From Polyangiales bacterium (GTDB lineage Bacteria; Myxococcota_A; Polyangia; Polyangiales; Ga0077539), in the NCBI GenBank assembly GCA_044229975.1, contig JBGARZ010000006.1, positions 384,001-448,000 on the forward strand: 64,000 nt of DNA. Reading direction: 5' to 3'. Below are positions 62,513-64,000 of this stretch, one piece after another; position 1 is the stretch's first letter, and each line of letters starts with the position of its first letter. The position numbers and the translations under genes were made by a program. The notes below the pieces were generated by a model, which had not been told where the DNA came from, ran no database searches, and worked only from the letters and a program-made list of their open reading frames with translations.

Positions 62513-64000
62513 ATGCGGGGCACGAAGCGTGGGCTCAGGGGTTCGTCGGTCAGGCGTTGGATGCTGTCGTGCGCGCTCACCAGCGCCGCCTGCGCGCCAT
62601 CGCTCAACCTCACCGTCGACGCCAGCGCCGACGCGCCCGCGGACGTCGCGACCGACGCCGGGTCGCCCGTCGACACGGCCCCCGCGGTCGATATGCAGAT
62701 GCCCGTCGACACGGCCCCTGCGGTCGATGTGCAGGCGCCCGTCGACATGGCCCCCGCGGTCGATGTCCCAGCTCCCATCGACACTGCCCCTGCGGTCGAT
62801 GTCCCAGCTCCCATCGACACTGCCCCTGCGGTCGATGTGCAGGCGCCGGTCGACATGCCGCCGCCCGTCGATGTGCCCCCGTCCGTCGACGTCGTCACCT
62901 GCGCGGGCGGCGCGACCCTCTGCGGCGCGACCTGCGTCAGCACCGCGACCGACCTCGCCCACTGCGGCGGCTGTAGTCGCGCGTGCGCCCCTGCCAACGC
63001 CACCGCGATGTGCACGGGCGGCACCTGCCGGGTGAACCGCTGCAACACCGGCTTCGTGGACTGCGACGGCGAGGCGAGCAACGGCTGCGAGGCGGCGCCG
63101 ATGACCGACGCGCGCAACTGCGGCGGCTGCGGCATCGTGTGCGGCGGCGCGGCGACCTGCGTGGCCGGGACCTGCGTGTGCGGCGGAACCCAGTGCGGCG
63201 GACGTTGCACCGACACCACGAGCGACGCGGCTCACTGCGGCGTGTGCGGGTTCGCGTGCCCGTCGGGCGTGACCTGCGCGTCGTCCCGCTGCGGCACCAT
63301 GGCCTGCGCGCCGGGCCTCACCGATTGCAGCGGTCGCTGCCTCGACGCGACCAGCGACAACGCCAACTGCGGGGTGTGCGGCCGCGTCTGCGGGACGGGC
63401 GCGAGCTGCGTGCGCGGGGCCTGCGCGACGACGCCGTGGTTTCGCCAGTACGGCACCAGCGGCGAGGACTACACCAACGCGTTTGCGCGCGACACGGCGG
63501 GCAACATCTACGCGGCCGGGACCTTCTCCAGCTCCATCACCCTCGGCACCACGACCTACACCGGCGGGGCCCGCGGGTGGATCGCGCGCTTCTCGCCGAC
63601 CGGCGCGGTGCTCTGGTCGACGACGGCGGGCACCACGGTGCGAGGCATCGCCGTCGACGCCTCCAACAACCTCTACGCGGTCGGAACCTTCACCGGCACG
63701 ACCACCATCGGCACGCGCATGCTCGGCTCCGCGGGCGCCACGGACTGGTTCGTCGCGAGCTACACACCCGACGGCGCGCTCCGCTGGGCCGTGCGCCAGG
63801 GCGGGGCGAACGACGACTACGCCTCGCACGTGGGCGTCGACAGCGCGGGCCGGGTCTGGGTCGCCGGCTTCTTCAGCAGCGCGACGACCTTCGACGGCCG
63901 CACCGTGGCGTCCATGGGAAACCTCGACGTGTTCGTGGCGCAGCTCAACGCCGCCGACGGCTCGCCCCGCGAGTTTCTCCCCTTCGGCAGCCCGAACTAC
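62513..64000 (+). CDS. Cys-rich repeat lipoprotein with C-terminal SBBP-like beta-propeller, partial (runs off right edge)
   Basis: Manual translation MRGTKRGLRGSSVRRWMLSCALTSAAC; 12-aa repeats; TDLAHCGGC units; DTAGNIYAAGTF, VDASNNLYAVGTF, DVFVAQL. Missing from the ORF track because it is truncated. Confidence 0.85.
   Translation, partial: MRGTKRGLRGSSVRRWMLSCALTSAACAPSLNLTVDASADAPADVATDAGSPVDTAPAVDMQMPVDTAPAVDVQAPVDMAPAVDVPAPIDTAPAVDVPAPIDTAPAVDVQAPVDMPPPVDVPPSVDVVTCAGGATLCGATCVSTATDLAHCGGCSRACAPANATAMCTGGTCRVNRCNTGFVDCDGEASNGCEAAPMTDARNCGGCGIVCGGAATCVAGTCVCGGTQCGGRCTDTTSDAAHCGVCGFACPSGVTCASSRCGTMACAPGLTDCSGRCLDATSDNANCGVCGRVCGTGASCVRGACATTPWFRQYGTSGEDYTNAFARDTAGNIYAAGTFSSSITLGTTTYTGGARGWIARFSPTGAVLWSTTAGTTVRGIAVDASNNLYAVGTFTGTTTIGTRMLGSAGATDWFVASYTPDGALRWAVRQGGANDDYASHVGVDSAGRVWVAGFFSSATTFDGRTVASMGNLDVFVAQLNAADGSPREFLPFGSPNY
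62666..62881 (+). repeat. Coding 36-bp tandem repeat x6 (PVDTAPAVDVQA-like)
   Basis: Contiguous units starting at 62666, 62702, 62738, 62774, 62810 and 62846, with no spacers. Confidence 0.9.

Noticed and set aside
62666..62881. 36-bp repeats as a CRISPR array
   Set aside because: Units are contiguous with no unique spacers, stay in frame within a lipoprotein linker, and no cas genes are present.

Overview
A very GC-rich, gene-dense bacterial chromosomal segment with about 60 genes. The gene content suggests Myxococcota (Polyangia/Sorangium-like); this is an inference from the Cys-rich repeat lipoproteins, PEGA/TPR proteins, membrane Ser/Thr kinases and Rpn-type proteins. Recognisable housekeeping and metabolic genes: a partial DnaJ/CbpA, uppS-cdsA, gcvT, thiD, a lipase, a class III aminotransferase, SUI1/yciH, a urease cluster with eukaryote-like features (ureD, fused ureAB, ureC, ureF, His-rich ureG, no ureE) coupled to a plant-type thrC, and a MoxR-DUF58-vWA-TPR (Bat-like) operon. 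I found no rRNA, tRNA, CRISPR array or intact IS element. The best leads are: (1) an Rpn-like gene with a strong internal in-frame SD+ATG (possible gene-within-gene antitoxin), plus an orphan Rpn-type C-terminal remnant 19 kb away; (2) a 508-aa unknown protein with a QLSLF beta-clamp motif near its C-terminus; (3) a SWIM-SNF2 helicase with a HEPN-like tail followed by an unknown gene; (4) two kinase + TPR/PEGA modules that may signal across the envelope; (5) a lipoprotein with a Fam20-like kinase fold and Lys-to-Gln at beta3; (6) an operon of two beta-propeller lipoproteins and a beta-barrel; (7) a kb-scale sawtooth of C-rich then G-rich sequence. All family calls come from reading motifs by eye; no database searches were run.
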